From positions 112,527-176,526 of the forward strand of contig CAZNRX010000001.1 of the NCBI GenBank assembly GCA_964575455.1: a DNA stretch of 64,000 bases. Direction: 5' to 3'. This DNA is from an uncultured Anaerolineales bacterium. GTDB lineage: Bacteria; Chloroflexota; Anaerolineae; B4-G1. The notes beneath the pieces were generated by a model. That model ran no database searches and had not been told where the DNA came from. It was given only the letters and a program-made list of their open reading frames with translations. Shown here piece after piece: positions 9,101 through 19,485 of the stretch (the stretch's first letter is position 1; the number at the start of each line of letters is the position of its first letter). The position numbers and the translations under genes are program-made.

Positions 9101-9738
9101 CCGAAAGGGGGCTGGGCGTCGAAGAAATCGTACAGCTCCGCCATCACCTCGCGGTAGGCCGTCTCCCTCTCCATCTCGGTGTCGTCGAACAGCTCCACGA
9201 ACGGCGAGAATCCCGGGTTCTCGTTGGCCAGCCAGAGCAGGATCAGCTCCTCAAGCACGACCTGGCGGTGGGGAACCCCGTCGGTCTCCCCCTCCAGGTA
9301 GGCCTCCGCGCTCATCCCCTGCCGGTAGACGGCCATGGGGGGAAAGCGGTTCACAAACCGTCGCAGCGTTTGGTCGAGCTCTTCCTCGCCGACGTTCTCG
9401 TCCAGCCACGCCAGCGCCTCCTCCATCACGCGGGCGTTCTTCTGCTCTCCATACACCTGGAAGATGTAATGGAGGATCTCGTCGATCAGGCCCATGGCGT
9501 TGATCTGCCCTGCCTTCATCGCCCGTTCCGGGTAGCGCACCAGGTCCTGTTTCTGATTGATGCGCTGGGTGAAGACGCGCGCGGCGTGGAAGTTGGCGAA
9601 GATCACGTTGCCGGTCAGCGTGAAGAGTGTCTCGTCGAAGTCGTAGCGCTCGCGCGCCTCGCGCGAGACGTGGAACTCCCTGGGCGCGCCCGTGACCCGG
9701 GGCGTGTCACCGCCTTTGGGTAAAGGGATGATGATCAT
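6157..9738 (-). CDS. Large (~1190 aa) alpha-amylase-family (GH13-like) protein with long N- and C-terminal extensions; specific activity unknown.
   Basis: Central region 'GFTSLWLIGLWERS...DMVPNHMGIDSRW' resembles GH13 conserved regions (DxVxNH). Start set at MIIIPLPKGG with a GGAG RBS; an alternative ATG lies at 9783 (MRITHY...), 4 nt after the upstream stop. A GA-rich low-complexity run sits at 6890-6960. Confidence 0.7.
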   Translation of the reverse strand: MIIIPLPKGGDTPRVTGAPREFHVSREARERYDFDETLFTLTGNVIFANFHAARVFTQRINQKQDLVRYPERAMKAGQINAMGLIDEILHYIFQVYGEQKNARVMEEALAWLDENVGEEELDQTLRRFVNRFPPMAVYRQGMSAEAYLEGETDGVPHRQVVLEELILLWLANENPGFSPFVELFDDTEMERETAYREVMAELYDFFDAQPPFGPDHENLIDMLSAPARRSPHSLSGQLAFMQERWGSLLGKYLYRLLSSLDLIAEEEKATFLGPGPSRVYEFREAEYERFSPDQDWMPKVVLLAKNIYVWLDQLSKKYERSITRLGDIPDEELDILARRGFTSLWLIGLWERSSASQRIKQIMGNPEAVASAYSVDDYRVADDLGGEEGYQSLRDRAWRRGIRLASDMVPNHMGIDSRWVIEHPERFISLDYSPFPSYSFTGEDLCNDDRVGIYLEDGYYDRSDAAVVFKRVDHWTGDERYIYHGNDGTSMPWNDTAQLNFLKEEVREAVIQMILHVAHKFPIIRFDAAMTLAKKHYQRLWFPEPGSGGDIPSRAEHGMTRQQLDELMPEEFWRQVVDRVAEEVPDTLLLAEAFWLMEGYFVRTLGMHRVYNSAFMNMLRDEDNAKYRSVMKNTLAFDPRIMKRYVNFMNNPDERTAVDQFGKGDKYFGICTMLATVPGLPMFGHGQVEGYTEKYGMEYRRAYWDETPDTYLVERHEREIFPLLHKRYLFADVENFLLYDFFTPDGHVNEDVFAYSNHVGDERALVLYHNRYAETRGWVRTSVAYAVRGSEAAKTGEDEKQLVQRSLGEGLDLRDDENGSKTYTIFRDHVNGLEYIRSNEDLHGKGLYAELSAYKYHVFLDFRQVRDSVERPYGQLTAYLDGRGVPSIDEALKEVLLQPVHGPFRELVNAETFRRLMEARKQESGGAGEQRGRGAEGREELADEVEAQTLRLLQEIKSRADGGDDEESLARQIRRELEVVWDLPTIGSRLSVPDHVAEYIQDGPTEVPEVGLDDDPRAWSTLLGWLFSHALGRMEAGATQSPRAFAGISRSWQDEWLLGKITAGAIQDLGLDERSSWWAVTTIKVLTTHQRWFELGEGSKNRPFQVLRSWLEDDEVQRFLQVNRYQDVLWFNEEAFEQLLWWMMVVATVAIAADPERASAERITSCYEVIEALQAAEAASEYRVERLLEAAAT

Positions 9739-9787
9739 AGATGGCTCCATGCGTGATGGTAATGCGTAATGCGTGATGCGCAATGTC

Positions 9788-11920
9788 TCAAGCGTCGAGG
9801 AGGTCGATGGTCAGCTGCACGTCCCAGGGAAGCTGGGGTTGCAGGGGCATCGCCCACCAGAGCAGGGTGCACGTGCCCTGATAGACGCGCTCGTACCCCG
9901 CTTCGGAGTTGGAGATCGCCTCCAGCGGGAAGTGCCACAAGTTTGTCGGTCGGTTGACGGCTACCTTCACCTCGCCCGCCAGGTTGGGCAGCGTGGACCC
10001 GACCCTGAAGCTCGTCATCTCGTCATACCCGGCGAAGTCGCTCAGGCTGCGGCGCTGCGAGCCCACCGTCAGGTGGCCGTAGCGGCTGTCGCCGCCCACG
10101 ATCCCCCAGTTGAACTCCACGCCAAAGCGCAGGTCGGCCGGTATCTCGTTCAGGTTGATCACGCGGTAGCCAACCGCGAGCTGTGATGACCCGGCCTGCA
10201 CCGAGATCCTTTTCTCCACCCGCACGGGGAACGGCACCTCGCCGGCCCACACGGTGCCCTCCCGCGTCAGGGTCAGCCTCGCCTCTCCGTCACATTCCCT
10301 CACCTCGGCCCGGTAGCGTTGATCGACGAAGTCGCCCTGCTCGCCGTAGTGCGCCTGGTAGAAGCTCTCCGGCGTGGTGTCATCCTGGAGGAAGTGGTCG
10401 AGGAGCGCCACCCGGCGGTGCCAGTCGTAGAAGAGGCGCGTGTGGACGTCGGGCTCCTTGACCCTTGCCCCGCGGGGGATCTCCTCCTCACCGGGCAGGA
10501 AGAGGCGGCCGTGCTCCGCCGCCCGACGCAGCGCTTCGTGGTACCCCTCGCGGTGGCGCGTCATCGTGTTGAGCAGGTTGTAGCGGCGGTCTCGCCAGTC
10601 CCACTCCACCAAGGCGCCGCCGTAGGACGGCTTGAACACCAGGACCTGTCGGTCGGTGTTGAGGATGATCTCCTCCTCGGTGTCGGCGTCCAGATCTCCC
10701 CGTTCAACCCGCACCCAGGTCTCGCTCTCGCTCCCGGCGCGATCGGCCAGCTCCTCCGCGGCGATCAGATGGGCGTAGTTCGCGACGCGGATGTGGAAGA
10801 GGTAGATGCCGCCGAACAGGCCGTGCCAGTAGCCGCAGCTGCACTGCGCGGACCAGGTGTGATCCAGCGCCTGGTCCTTCGCCGCCCCCTCCGGCATCTG
10901 GTGGACCTTGCGGCTGACCCAGAGCATCTTCTTATGCATCTGGTTGACCTCGTCGTAGCGGCCCAGGAAGGAGCGCCATACGCCACCTTTGATGAACTGG
11001 AGCACGTCCTCCCGCTCTTCGTCCTTCAGCTCGCGTCGCACCCCGCTGAGGCTGGCAAACGCGTCCGGCGGGAGGGCCCAGTGCATCATCTCCTCGTAGG
11101 ACGCGCAGGGGAGATAGATCCGACCCAGAGGCGGCAGCTTGGCCGTCAGCTCCCCCAGCGGGCGGGTCTGCAGCCAGTCGCTGTTCTCCTCCAGCGCGGT
11201 GAAGAAGCGGTCGACCCAGCCATTCTCGCCCCAGCAGTGCTCCCATGTGCTGGGCCAGAGGCCGAACTTCTCACCGTCGTCGCCGCAGACAGCGACGCCG
11301 CCGGGATGTCGCTCCGCCTGCTCCCGGAGCCAGGCGATCACAAGCCCAACCGGGCGCCATGGGATGGCGTAGCGTAGGTACATCACGTTGCCGAAGACCT
11401 TTAGCGGCAGCCCCTCTTCCTCGGTGACGTAGTAGCCGAACAGGTCATCGTCGCTCAGGCCGGCCATCTTGAAGGGGGTGTCGTCGAGCAGGGTGTACTC
11501 GACCCCGCCCTGGGCGAGCGCCTTGGGAAGGTGGGGTTCCCAGATCCGCTCGGCGATCCACGCGCCCCTCGGCACCACCCCGAAACGTTCCATCAGGTGC
11601 TGGTTCATCTTGCGGAGCTGTCCCAGCTTGTCCCGCTCCGGGATGGCGATGAATATCGGCTCGTAGTAGCCGCCGGTGAGGAGCTCCACCTGCTCCCGCG
11701 TCACTAGATCGCCCAGCCGATCCAGGTGGTCGGGTTGATTGACGTGCAGCCAATCGAGCAGGGGGCCGCTGTAGTGGAGCCCGAGGCGAATGCCCGGATG
11801 GCGCTCCAGGGTCTCCAGCATGGGATCGTAGGCCTTATGTGTGGCCTCGGCAAAGACGTGGTCGAAGTTGCCCACCGGCTGGTGGTTATGAATGACCAGG
11901 GAGAGTGTCAACTTAGACAT
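9788..11920 (-). CDS. Glycoside hydrolase family 57 protein (4-alpha-glucanotransferase/amylopullulanase-like), 711 aa.
   Basis: N-terminal 'LSLVIHNHQPVGNF' GH57 signature. Start at MSKLTL (ATG at 11920). Confidence 0.8.
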   Translation of the reverse strand: MSKLTLSLVIHNHQPVGNFDHVFAEATHKAYDPMLETLERHPGIRLGLHYSGPLLDWLHVNQPDHLDRLGDLVTREQVELLTGGYYEPIFIAIPERDKLGQLRKMNQHLMERFGVVPRGAWIAERIWEPHLPKALAQGGVEYTLLDDTPFKMAGLSDDDLFGYYVTEEEGLPLKVFGNVMYLRYAIPWRPVGLVIAWLREQAERHPGGVAVCGDDGEKFGLWPSTWEHCWGENGWVDRFFTALEENSDWLQTRPLGELTAKLPPLGRIYLPCASYEEMMHWALPPDAFASLSGVRRELKDEEREDVLQFIKGGVWRSFLGRYDEVNQMHKKMLWVSRKVHQMPEGAAKDQALDHTWSAQCSCGYWHGLFGGIYLFHIRVANYAHLIAAEELADRAGSESETWVRVERGDLDADTEEEIILNTDRQVLVFKPSYGGALVEWDWRDRRYNLLNTMTRHREGYHEALRRAAEHGRLFLPGEEEIPRGARVKEPDVHTRLFYDWHRRVALLDHFLQDDTTPESFYQAHYGEQGDFVDQRYRAEVRECDGEARLTLTREGTVWAGEVPFPVRVEKRISVQAGSSQLAVGYRVINLNEIPADLRFGVEFNWGIVGGDSRYGHLTVGSQRRSLSDFAGYDEMTSFRVGSTLPNLAGEVKVAVNRPTNLWHFPLEAISNSEAGYERVYQGTCTLLWWAMPLQPQLPWDVQLTIDLLDA

Positions 11921-12027
11921 AGCTCTGTCGCTTTCTTCTCGTCTGGGGCACCATGGAGCGGCCAGGTTTGGTGCCCTGCCAACCACCGAAGCCGCCCACG
12001 CCCCACCGTGATCCCACTAGCGGGCTG

Positions 12028-12300
12028 TTAGTTCGGGATATTGTCGTTTATTTTCGCATTTTGGTCAAGTGGCGCGCCGCCCCACTGGGCGATCTTCTCT
12101 CCCCCCAGAGCATAGATGCTGACCATGTGAGTCAGCTCACCGACGTAGACCACGTCATGGTGGGTATCGAAGCAGAGCGCGTCGGGGCGCAGCAGACCCA
12201 TCCACTCGGTCCAGAAGTGGCCGTCGAGATCGAATGCCTGGATACTGTTGTTCTCGCCACCAGCCCTCCACGACCTCGTGCCGGTGACCTCCTGCGCCAT
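12028..12300 (-). pseudogene. Possible gene remnant: a 90-aa ORF resembling a beta-propeller/NHL-type fragment, immediately downstream of xylA.
   Basis: 'HHDVVYVGELTHMVSIYALGGEKIAQWGG' looks like a propeller blade. It has no own RBS and starts 6 nt after the xylA stop. Confidence 0.3.
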
Positions 12301-12306
12301 AGACCA

Positions 12307-13476
12307 CTATCGCGCTCCGAGAAGTAGCTCAATCACCAGTTGGTCCAGCCGCTCGTAGGGCTTTCCCCGTTCGCCCATCGCCACCCGGTCAAAGGCGTGA
12401 TCCTTGAGCGCGCCGGCCTTTGCGCTGGTGTAGGGGCCGGTGTAGTGGTCCATCGCCCCATCGTCAGCCCTAATCTCGTCCAGCAGCGCCTGGATCTCGG
12501 GATCGGCGTCGAACTGCTCTGCCTTCTCCTTCAGAATGAGGTAGGTCCGCATGCAGCCCCTGGCGAAGGCCTTCACGTCCTCGGCGTCGGCCGTGCGATA
12601 GGCGTGCGCATCGAAGTGGCGCGGCCCTTCGTATCCTACGTCCTCCAGGAACTTGACCACAAAGAAGGCCTGCTTGACGTTCTGCGAACCGAAGCGCAGA
12701 TCCTGATCGTAGCGGGCGTAGTTCTGATCGTTGAGGTCGATGTGGAAGAGCTTGCCCGCGTCCCACGCCTGGGCCAGCGCGTGCGCGAAGTTGAGGCCCG
12801 CCATGTGCTCGTGGGCCACCTCCGGGTTGACCCCCACCATCTCCGGGTGGTCCAGCGTTTCGATGAAGCCGAGCATCGCCCCCGTCGTCGGCAGGTAGAG
12901 GTCGCTGCGCGGCTCGTTCGGCTTCGCCTCCAGCGCGAACTCATAGCCATAGTCCTGGTCGACGTTGTACTCACACAGGAAGTTGAGCGCTTCGCGGAAC
13001 CACTTGAGCGCCTCCGTCAGGTCCTTGGCTGCGTCGGTCTCCACCCCTTCGCGCCCACCCCAGAAGACGTAATAGTCCGCCCCAAACTCGGCGCCCAGGT
13101 CCATGGCCCGCATCGTCTTCTGCAGGGCGAAGGCGCGCACCTCGGGGTCGTTGCTGGTGAAGGCGCCATCGCGGAAGACCGGGTCGGCGAACAGGTTGGT
13201 CGTCGCCATCGGCACCACGACGCCCGTCTCGTCGAGCGCCTTCCTGAACTCGGTCACGATCCTGTCCCGCTCCGACGGCGTCGCGTCGATGGGTATCAGA
13301 TCGTTATCGTGGAAGTTCACCCCCCACGCGCCGACCTCCGCCAGCATGTGGACGATCTCCGCCGGGGACATGGCGTCGCGCACCGGCTCCCCAAAGGGAT
13401 CTCCCCCCGTATTGCCCACGGTCCACAGCCCGAAGCTGAACTTATGCTCTGGTTTCGGTTGATACAGATCAGACAT
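12307..13476 (-). CDS. xylA: Xylose isomerase, class I (short, actinobacterial/Thermus type, 389 aa).
   Basis: '[17 protein letters not shown]' and 'FHDNDL' signatures over full-length XylA. RBS GGAGGA (reverse complement of 13481-13489). Confidence 0.93.
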   Translation of the reverse strand: MSDLYQPKPEHKFSFGLWTVGNTGGDPFGEPVRDAMSPAEIVHMLAEVGAWGVNFHDNDLIPIDATPSERDRIVTEFRKALDETGVVVPMATTNLFADPVFRDGAFTSNDPEVRAFALQKTMRAMDLGAEFGADYYVFWGGREGVETDAAKDLTEALKWFREALNFLCEYNVDQDYGYEFALEAKPNEPRSDLYLPTTGAMLGFIETLDHPEMVGVNPEVAHEHMAGLNFAHALAQAWDAGKLFHIDLNDQNYARYDQDLRFGSQNVKQAFFVVKFLEDVGYEGPRHFDAHAYRTADAEDVKAFARGCMRTYLILKEKAEQFDADPEIQALLDEIRADDGAMDHYTGPYTSAKAGALKDHAFDRVAMGERGKPYERLDQLVIELLLGAR

Positions 13477-13491
13477 GATTTCCTCCTCGTG

Positions 13492-13728
13492 TTAGCTTAG
13501 TATGAACGCCACCAGCTCTCGATGCAGATCCTTCACGTAGTCCGCGTACATCTGGGCCGATATCTGGCTGCAGATCGCGTCGCCCATGCCGATCACGTCG
13601 CACCCGGCCTCGATCTGCGCCCGTACGAACGCCTTCGCCGTTGGCATGACCTTCTCCAGAAGCGTCCTGCTGTAAGGCCGGATCCGAGATCAGCCCATTC
13701 GACTAATGATCTCTTCTCTCCTGCTCAT
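13492..13728 (-). pseudogene. Decayed remnant of a uroporphyrinogen-decarboxylase (URO-D/MtaA-like) family gene: N-terminus 'MSRREEIISRMG*' plus a frameshifted 62-aa internal fragment.
   Basis: Reverse-strand translation gives 'LLEKVMPTAKAFVRAQIEAGCDVIGMGDAICSQISAQMYADYVKDL', which matches the conserved URO-D family core. Only ~240 nt remain of a ~1 kb gene, with an in-frame stop and a frame change. Confidence 0.6.
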
Positions 13729-13966
13729 GAGGTGTCCTCAGGTTGCCGCTGTCATAGATGGCGAGACTGGCCTTAGCGACGGTGCTAGGACGAGGCCCGG
13801 CGCCATGATATCAAATATGAGGGCGATGCACAAGCCTTGGGCATCATGTCATCCTTGCCATTCCGCCCCATTCATGCTACACTTTCTGTTTGCCTACATA
13901 ACGGCCTTGTGGGCTGTTTAGCTGTGCGTTCGATCTGAGGTCAGGTTCTTGTGAGGTAGATGATTG

Positions 13967-14713
13967 ATGCATAAACGAGTGCTCTTGGTGGGGCTGCTGC
14001 TCCTGACGGGCTTGCTTGCCCTGGCCCCCGCGGGTCGGGCGGCCCCGCTCTTCCAGGCTCAGGCGATGATCACCTATCCGACGGACGGGACCACCGTCAG
14101 CGGCCAGGTTCAGGTCAAGGGGGTGGCCACGCACCCCAACATGGACTTCTACCAGGTCCGCTATGCATCGGGTGCGCAGCCGGCAGCCGACTCGCAGTGG
14201 CAGGACTTCGTCATCGTCGAGGGGCAGCAGGTGGACGGCGACGTGTTGGGCACCTGGGACACGACGCAGATCCCCGATGGTCAGTACACGCTGGCGTTGG
14301 CCGTCTGGGGTGTGAACGACGCCAATAACCCATACCTCTTCTTCGCCACGAACATCACCGTCAACAACACCAACCCGGTCGCCACGCCGACACCGGAGGA
14401 GGAGCCGACCGAGGTGCCGCCTACGCCCACGCTCGGCCCTAGCCCCACCCCGGCGGCCGTCGAACAGCCCGCCACGTCTACGCCGCGCCCCACGCCGACC
14501 CTGGTGGCCAGTCTTCTGCCCACGCCGACCATCAGCGCCAGTGAGGAGCCCGCTGTCTCCCTGAACGTAGGGCAGATTCGCGACGGTTTCTGCGTGGGAG
14601 GGCTGATCGCGGTGCTCCTGCTCTCACTCTGGGGCCTCTACCTGCTGGCGAAAGCCGGCTTGCGCTGGTTCCTGCGTCAGCGTTCGCAGTCATCCTCGGG
14701 TGCAAGGCACTGA
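13967..14713 (+). CDS. Secreted/cell-surface protein: signal peptide, beta-rich domain, Pro/Thr-rich linker, C-terminal TM anchor.
   Basis: N-terminal 'LLVGLLLLTGLLALAPA' signal, a 'PTPTLGPSPTPAA...PTPT' linker and a C-terminal hydrophobic segment 'GLIAVLLLSLWGLYLLA'. RBS GAGGTA. Confidence 0.6.
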   Translation: MHKRVLLVGLLLLTGLLALAPAGRAAPLFQAQAMITYPTDGTTVSGQVQVKGVATHPNMDFYQVRYASGAQPAADSQWQDFVIVEGQQVDGDVLGTWDTTQIPDGQYTLALAVWGVNDANNPYLFFATNITVNNTNPVATPTPEEEPTEVPPTPTLGPSPTPAAVEQPATSTPRPTPTLVASLLPTPTISASEEPAVSLNVGQIRDGFCVGGLIAVLLLSLWGLYLLAKAGLRWFLRQRSQSSSGARH

Positions 14714-14787
14714 GGACGCGGCTAGCCTCGCTGTGCACCCAGAGACCCGCTCTACGTCGCGTCACTTCTTATGTTGGTACAGGATCT

Positions 14788-15378
14788 ATGAGTCGTCATC
14801 TTATCGTCGGATTGGGTAACCCGGGTCGGAAGTACGCCGACAACCGTCACAATGTGGGCTTCCGCTGCATCGACCACCTGGCTTCGGCGCACGATCTCTC
14901 CTTCAATCGGCGACAGAGGCAGGCCAGCATCGCCCTTGGTCCCATCCTCCGGCGAGCGGTCGTTCTGATCAAGCCTCGCACCTTCATGAACAAGAGTGGA
15001 TATCCGGTCGCGTCGCTGGCCCGCTTCTATCGTGTCCCGTTGGACAGGCTCCTCGTGGTCTACGACGACCTCGACCTCCCTCTTGGCACCACGCGCATGC
15101 GGCCCCAGGGGGGCAGCGGGGGCCATCGGGGCGTGCAGTCCATCATCAACCAGCTCGGGAGTCAGGAGTTCCCGCGTCTGCGCATCGGCATTGGACGCCC
15201 GCCCGGACGCATGGATCCCGCCGACTACGTCCTTCAGGACTTCTCGGACGACGACGAGGTGCTTCTGGGAACGACGTTGGAGCAGGCCACGGCTGCCATC
15301 GAGACTTGGCTGAGCGAGGGGGTCGAGGAGGCGATGGATCAGTATAACAGAAGCGTTCAGCGCGAAGCTGCTGGTTGA
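14788..15378 (+). CDS. pth: Peptidyl-tRNA hydrolase.
   Basis: 'LIVGLGNPG', 'HNVGF' and 'GGHNG-like GGSGGHRG' motifs over full length. Confidence 0.92.
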   Translation: MSRHLIVGLGNPGRKYADNRHNVGFRCIDHLASAHDLSFNRRQRQASIALGPILRRAVVLIKPRTFMNKSGYPVASLARFYRVPLDRLLVVYDDLDLPLGTTRMRPQGGSGGHRGVQSIINQLGSQEFPRLRIGIGRPPGRMDPADYVLQDFSDDDEVLLGTTLEQATAAIETWLSEGVEEAMDQYNRSVQREAAG

Positions 15379-15463
15379 CTTGGCCACGGTGATCAATAGG
15401 CGTCGCCGGGTTACAGACCCGGCTTGAGCGTATGTTAGGAGCGGGTGTAGCAGCAGCTTTGGC

Positions 15464-18400
15464 ATGAACATCTCTGGCCTCCTGACGGCGCTTGAGGCGC
15501 TGGAGCCTTATCACGCCCTGAAAGAGGACCTGAGGCGGGGTGACCTTCCCACCCCCCTGGGCCTGATGCGCGCTGCGCGGGCGCCCTTGCTGGCCGCTCT
15601 CGCTCGCGATCTGGCTGATCGCCCTATTCTGGTCGTCACTGGCACCGTTGGTCGTGCGCAGAAGATCGCTCAGTCCCTACGCGACTGGTCGGGCGACTCG
15701 GCGGCCGTGACTCGCTTCCCGGAGCCGCTCACCCTCTTCTATGATCGCGCGCCCTGGACCGACGAGGTCATCATCGGGCGTCTACGAACGCTCCGCGCGC
15801 TCTCCGCCCTCCACGCTGCCGCCCCTACCCGCCCGCTGGTCGTAGTTGCCTCGGCGCGCGCGCTAATGCAGCGCACGCTTCCCCTCCATCAGTACCGTCT
15901 TTCCGTGCGTGAGATCAAATTGGGCCAGCTGCTCGACCTCGAGCGCACGCTGCGGCGCTGGGCCGGTCTCGGTTACGAGCCTGTGAGCGTCGTCGAGGCC
16001 GCCGGTCAGTTCAGCCATCGGGGCGGGATCATCGACGTCTTCCCCCCGGCCGACGATCTGCCGGTGCGCATTGAGCTTTGGGGGAATCAGATCGATTCCA
16101 TTCGGCGCTTCGACCCCGCCACGCAGCGCTCGCAGAAGCGGGTGCAGAGCGTTACCATCACCCTTGCCAGAGAGGCCCTGCCGCGGCACGGTCCCCGCGT
16201 TGCCGAGCGCCTGGCCGAGGTGCTGGAGCAGGACCTGCCGGACGATCTGCGAGAGGAGCTGGAGGAGCACTACCGCGGGCTGGATGAGGCGATGCCGTTC
16301 CCCGGCCTTGAGTTCTACCTGCCCCTGTTCTACTCCAGCCCGACCACGCTTCTTAGCTACCTCCCGTCCGACGGCTTGCTCGTCGTCGATGACCGTTGGG
16401 AGTTGGCGGACGCCTGGGCCGAGTTGGAGCAGGAAGCGCTCGATCTGAGGAGTGCCGTCGAGGAGGACGGGTGGTCCTCCGCCCGCGGGCTGCCGGCGGA
16501 TTACCCCTTGCCCTATGCCACCTGGGATGAATGGTCCGAGGCCACAACCGACCGATCGGTCCTCACCCTGGGCCACGGTCGGGAGGGGACCTCGTCGGAC
16601 GTTCCTTCGCGCCTGGCCGACTGTTTTATCCCCGGCCCACGCTTTGGCGGTCAACTGAAGCCGCTGCTCGACCACATCGAGATGGCGCGGCTTCAGGGTG
16701 ACTCCGTCGTCGTGGTCAGCCGACAGGCCCGGCGGCTGACCGACCTTTGGAGCAGGGACCATCAATACCAGTCGCCGCTGGAGGATCTGAGCGACCTCCC
16801 TTCCTCCTGGGGGGAGGAGCCCTCCCTTACGTTCGTGCAGGGAGCCCTTGACGAGGGCTGGATGCTTCAGCCTCCCAAAGGCACGGCCACGCTGCTCTTG
16901 ACGGACGGCGAGATCTTTGGCTGGCGCCGTCCGGCCCCGCGGCGGCCTGTCCACCGTCGCCAGGCCGCCCCCGAGTCCGACTTCTCCGACTTCTCGCCTG
17001 GCGATTACGTCGTCCACGTCGAGTATGGCATTGGCATCTTCCGGGGGCTGGTCACCCGACGCGTTGAGGGCGGCGAGCAGGAGTACCTGCTGGTCGAGTA
17101 CGGCGGTCAGGGTGGATCTCCACCGGATCGCCTCTACGTGCCCATCTATCAGACAGATCGCCTGGGCCGCTACGTCGGGAGCAATGATCGCCCACCGAAG
17201 CTTAGCCAGCTGGGCAAGGCGCGCTGGCGGGACGTCAAGGATCGCGTCAAGCGGGCCACCCGGGAGGTCGCCCGTGAGTTGCTGGAGCTCTACGCCACCC
17301 GCGAGCTGGCCACGGGACACGCTTACCGACCTGATACGCCCTGGCAGACTGAGCTTGAGGCTTCCTTTCCCTATTTCGAGACCCGAGGGCAGCGGGAGGC
17401 CATCGTGGACGTCAAGGATGACATGGAGAGCCCCCAGCCTATGGATCGGCTGATCTGCGGTGACGTGGGCTACGGCAAGACCGAGGTGGCGATCCGCGCT
17501 GCGTTCAAGGCGGTGATGGACGGGCGGCAGGTCGCCGTCCTGGTGCCGACGACGGTGCTGGCCCAGCAGCACTTCGCCACGTTCCGGCAGCGCATGGAGC
17601 CCTTCCCGGTCGAGATTGAGATGCTCTCGCGCTTCCGCACCCGGGCCGAACAGGACGAGATACTGGAGAAGCTACTGGCCGGCCAGGTCGACATCGTGAT
17701 TGGCACCCACCGCCTGCTGCAGGATGACGTCGCCTTCGACGATCTGGGTCTGCTCGTCATCGACGAGGAGCAGCGTTTCGGCGTTACGCACAAAGAGAAG
17801 TTCAAGCGCATGCGCACGGAGCTGGACGTGTTGACGATGACGGCCACCCCGATCCCCCGCACGCTCTATATGTCACTGACCGGTGTGCGCGATATCAGCG
17901 TCATCGAGACCCCGCCCGAGGAGCGCTTGCCGGTGTCGACCTACATCGGCACCTACGACAACGCGCTGGTTCGTCGCGCGATCCTCCGGGAGCTTGAGCG
18001 GGGCGGGCAGGTCTTCTACGTGCACAACCGCGTGCAGACCATCCAGGCTGCGCGGCGACGGCTGGAGCGCGTCGTGCCCGAGGCGAGGTTCGGCGTCGCT
18101 CACGGACGGGTGCGGGAGCGGGACCTGGAGCAGACGATGGTCCGCTTCGTCGCCGGTGAGATTGACGTGCTCGTCTGCACCACCATCATCGAGAGCGGCC
18201 TCGACATTCCCAGCGCCAACACCCTGATCGTGGAGCGGGCCGGCCGCTTCGGGCTCGGTCAGCTCTACCAGCTGCGAGGTCGGGTGGGCCGTGCTGCGCA
18301 GCGTGCCTACGCCTATCTCTTCCACGATCGGGAGAGCCGTCTCACCCCGGAGGGCCGCCAGCGACTGGAGACCATTCGCGAGGCAAGTGGCCTTGGGGAC

Positions 18401-19006
18401 GGCTACACCATCGCCATGCGGGACCTTGAGATTCGTGGCGCGGGCGACATTCTTGGTACGCGTCAGTCCGGTCACATCTCGGCCGTCGGCTTCCATCTCT
18501 ACACCCGTCTCCTGGCCCGGGCGGTGGAGGAGCTGAAGGCCGAGCGAGAGGGGAGGCCCCCGCCGCCAGAACCACTGGCGAACATCCGCATCGACCTGCC
18601 CATCGCAGTGCGGCTGCCGGAGGACTACGTTCCCGATACCTGGCTCCGCTTGAAGATGTATCGCCGTCTGGCCGAGCTGAACACCATGGCCGAGATCGAC
18701 GAGATGGAGACGGAGCTGATCGACCGCTTCGGACCGCTGCCCGGACTGGCGGAGAACCTGCTGTTCCAGCTGCGGCTCAAGGCGCTGGCCCGGGACGCCG
18801 GCGTGCGAGCGGTCACCGTCGACAACGGACGTCTGGCCCTGCGGCCGGCGGGCGAGTTCCCCCGGGAGGCGCTGCGTGGCCACCTATCCCGTGTCTTCGA
18901 CGGTCGGGCCAGCGTGAGCCGGCACGGCGTCTGGCTGGCGAAGGAGGCCGACTGGGAGGAAGCGTTGGTGCGGCTGCTGAAGGAGATGGCGCGTGTGGAG
19001 GGTTGA
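15464..19006 (+). CDS. mfd: Transcription-repair coupling factor Mfd.
   Basis: 1180 aa with a UvrB-interaction-like N-terminus, a CarD/TRCF RNAP-interacting region, DEAD/DEAH helicase motifs ('DEEQRFGV', 'TATPIPRTL') and a TRCF C-terminal domain. Conserved pth-mfd synteny. Confidence 0.93.
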   Translation: MNISGLLTALEALEPYHALKEDLRRGDLPTPLGLMRAARAPLLAALARDLADRPILVVTGTVGRAQKIAQSLRDWSGDSAAVTRFPEPLTLFYDRAPWTDEVIIGRLRTLRALSALHAAAPTRPLVVVASARALMQRTLPLHQYRLSVREIKLGQLLDLERTLRRWAGLGYEPVSVVEAAGQFSHRGGIIDVFPPADDLPVRIELWGNQIDSIRRFDPATQRSQKRVQSVTITLAREALPRHGPRVAERLAEVLEQDLPDDLREELEEHYRGLDEAMPFPGLEFYLPLFYSSPTTLLSYLPSDGLLVVDDRWELADAWAELEQEALDLRSAVEEDGWSSARGLPADYPLPYATWDEWSEATTDRSVLTLGHGREGTSSDVPSRLADCFIPGPRFGGQLKPLLDHIEMARLQGDSVVVVSRQARRLTDLWSRDHQYQSPLEDLSDLPSSWGEEPSLTFVQGALDEGWMLQPPKGTATLLLTDGEIFGWRRPAPRRPVHRRQAAPESDFSDFSPGDYVVHVEYGIGIFRGLVTRRVEGGEQEYLLVEYGGQGGSPPDRLYVPIYQTDRLGRYVGSNDRPPKLSQLGKARWRDVKDRVKRATREVARELLELYATRELATGHAYRPDTPWQTELEASFPYFETRGQREAIVDVKDDMESPQPMDRLICGDVGYGKTEVAIRAAFKAVMDGRQVAVLVPTTVLAQQHFATFRQRMEPFPVEIEMLSRFRTRAEQDEILEKLLAGQVDIVIGTHRLLQDDVAFDDLGLLVIDEEQRFGVTHKEKFKRMRTELDVLTMTATPIPRTLYMSLTGVRDISVIETPPEERLPVSTYIGTYDNALVRRAILRELERGGQVFYVHNRVQTIQAARRRLERVVPEARFGVAHGRVRERDLEQTMVRFVAGEIDVLVCTTIIESGLDIPSANTLIVERAGRFGLGQLYQLRGRVGRAAQRAYAYLFHDRESRLTPEGRQRLETIREASGLGDGYTIAMRDLEIRGAGDILGTRQSGHISAVGFHLYTRLLARAVEELKAEREGRPPPPEPLANIRIDLPIAVRLPEDYVPDTWLRLKMYRRLAELNTMAEIDEMETELIDRFGPLPGLAENLLFQLRLKALARDAGVRAVTVDNGRLALRPAGEFPREALRGHLSRVFDGRASVSRHGVWLAKEADWEEALVRLLKEMARVEG

Positions 19007-19108
19007 CGGATACGCCCCAAGAGGTTATACTGGAGGCAGTGAGCTGGAACGGCTTTAGGTGGCCCCTGATGATTCGGGCCGCTCGGCCGGTAGCGCGATG
19101 AGGAGTCG

Positions 19109-19399
19109 ATGACGATGAATGTCCTGCGTGACCTGTCCGTGATCCTTCTGGCGGCGGAGGCCTTTCTCTTCGCCCTGATCCCGTTGGCGCTCTTCGGCGC
19201 GCTGGTCTACGGCGTTTGGTGGCTGAGGAGGCATCGGAATCTACCTACCTGGCTCAGCAAGACCCGGGGCTACCTGACGCTGGGGCTTTCCTACGTCGAG
19301 CGGGTGATGGACGCGTTGGCCAAGCCCGTCATTGCGGCGCATTCTGCTTTCGCGACCCTGGATGGCTGGCTTGGTGCCGTGCGAGAGCGTGAGCGCTGA
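19109..19399 (+). CDS. Small hypothetical membrane protein (96 aa).
   Basis: GAGGAG RBS and two hydrophobic helices; no recognised family. Confidence 0.4.
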   Translation: MTMNVLRDLSVILLAAEAFLFALIPLALFGALVYGVWWLRRHRNLPTWLSKTRGYLTLGLSYVERVMDALAKPVIAAHSAFATLDGWLGAVRERER

Positions 19400-19485
19400 T
19401 CGAGGAGGGCTGCGGCTTCAAGAAGGTGAATGGTTACCGGAGATCACGTGAGCTGCTGAACAGTACGTGGAGAGGAGGCGATTGA

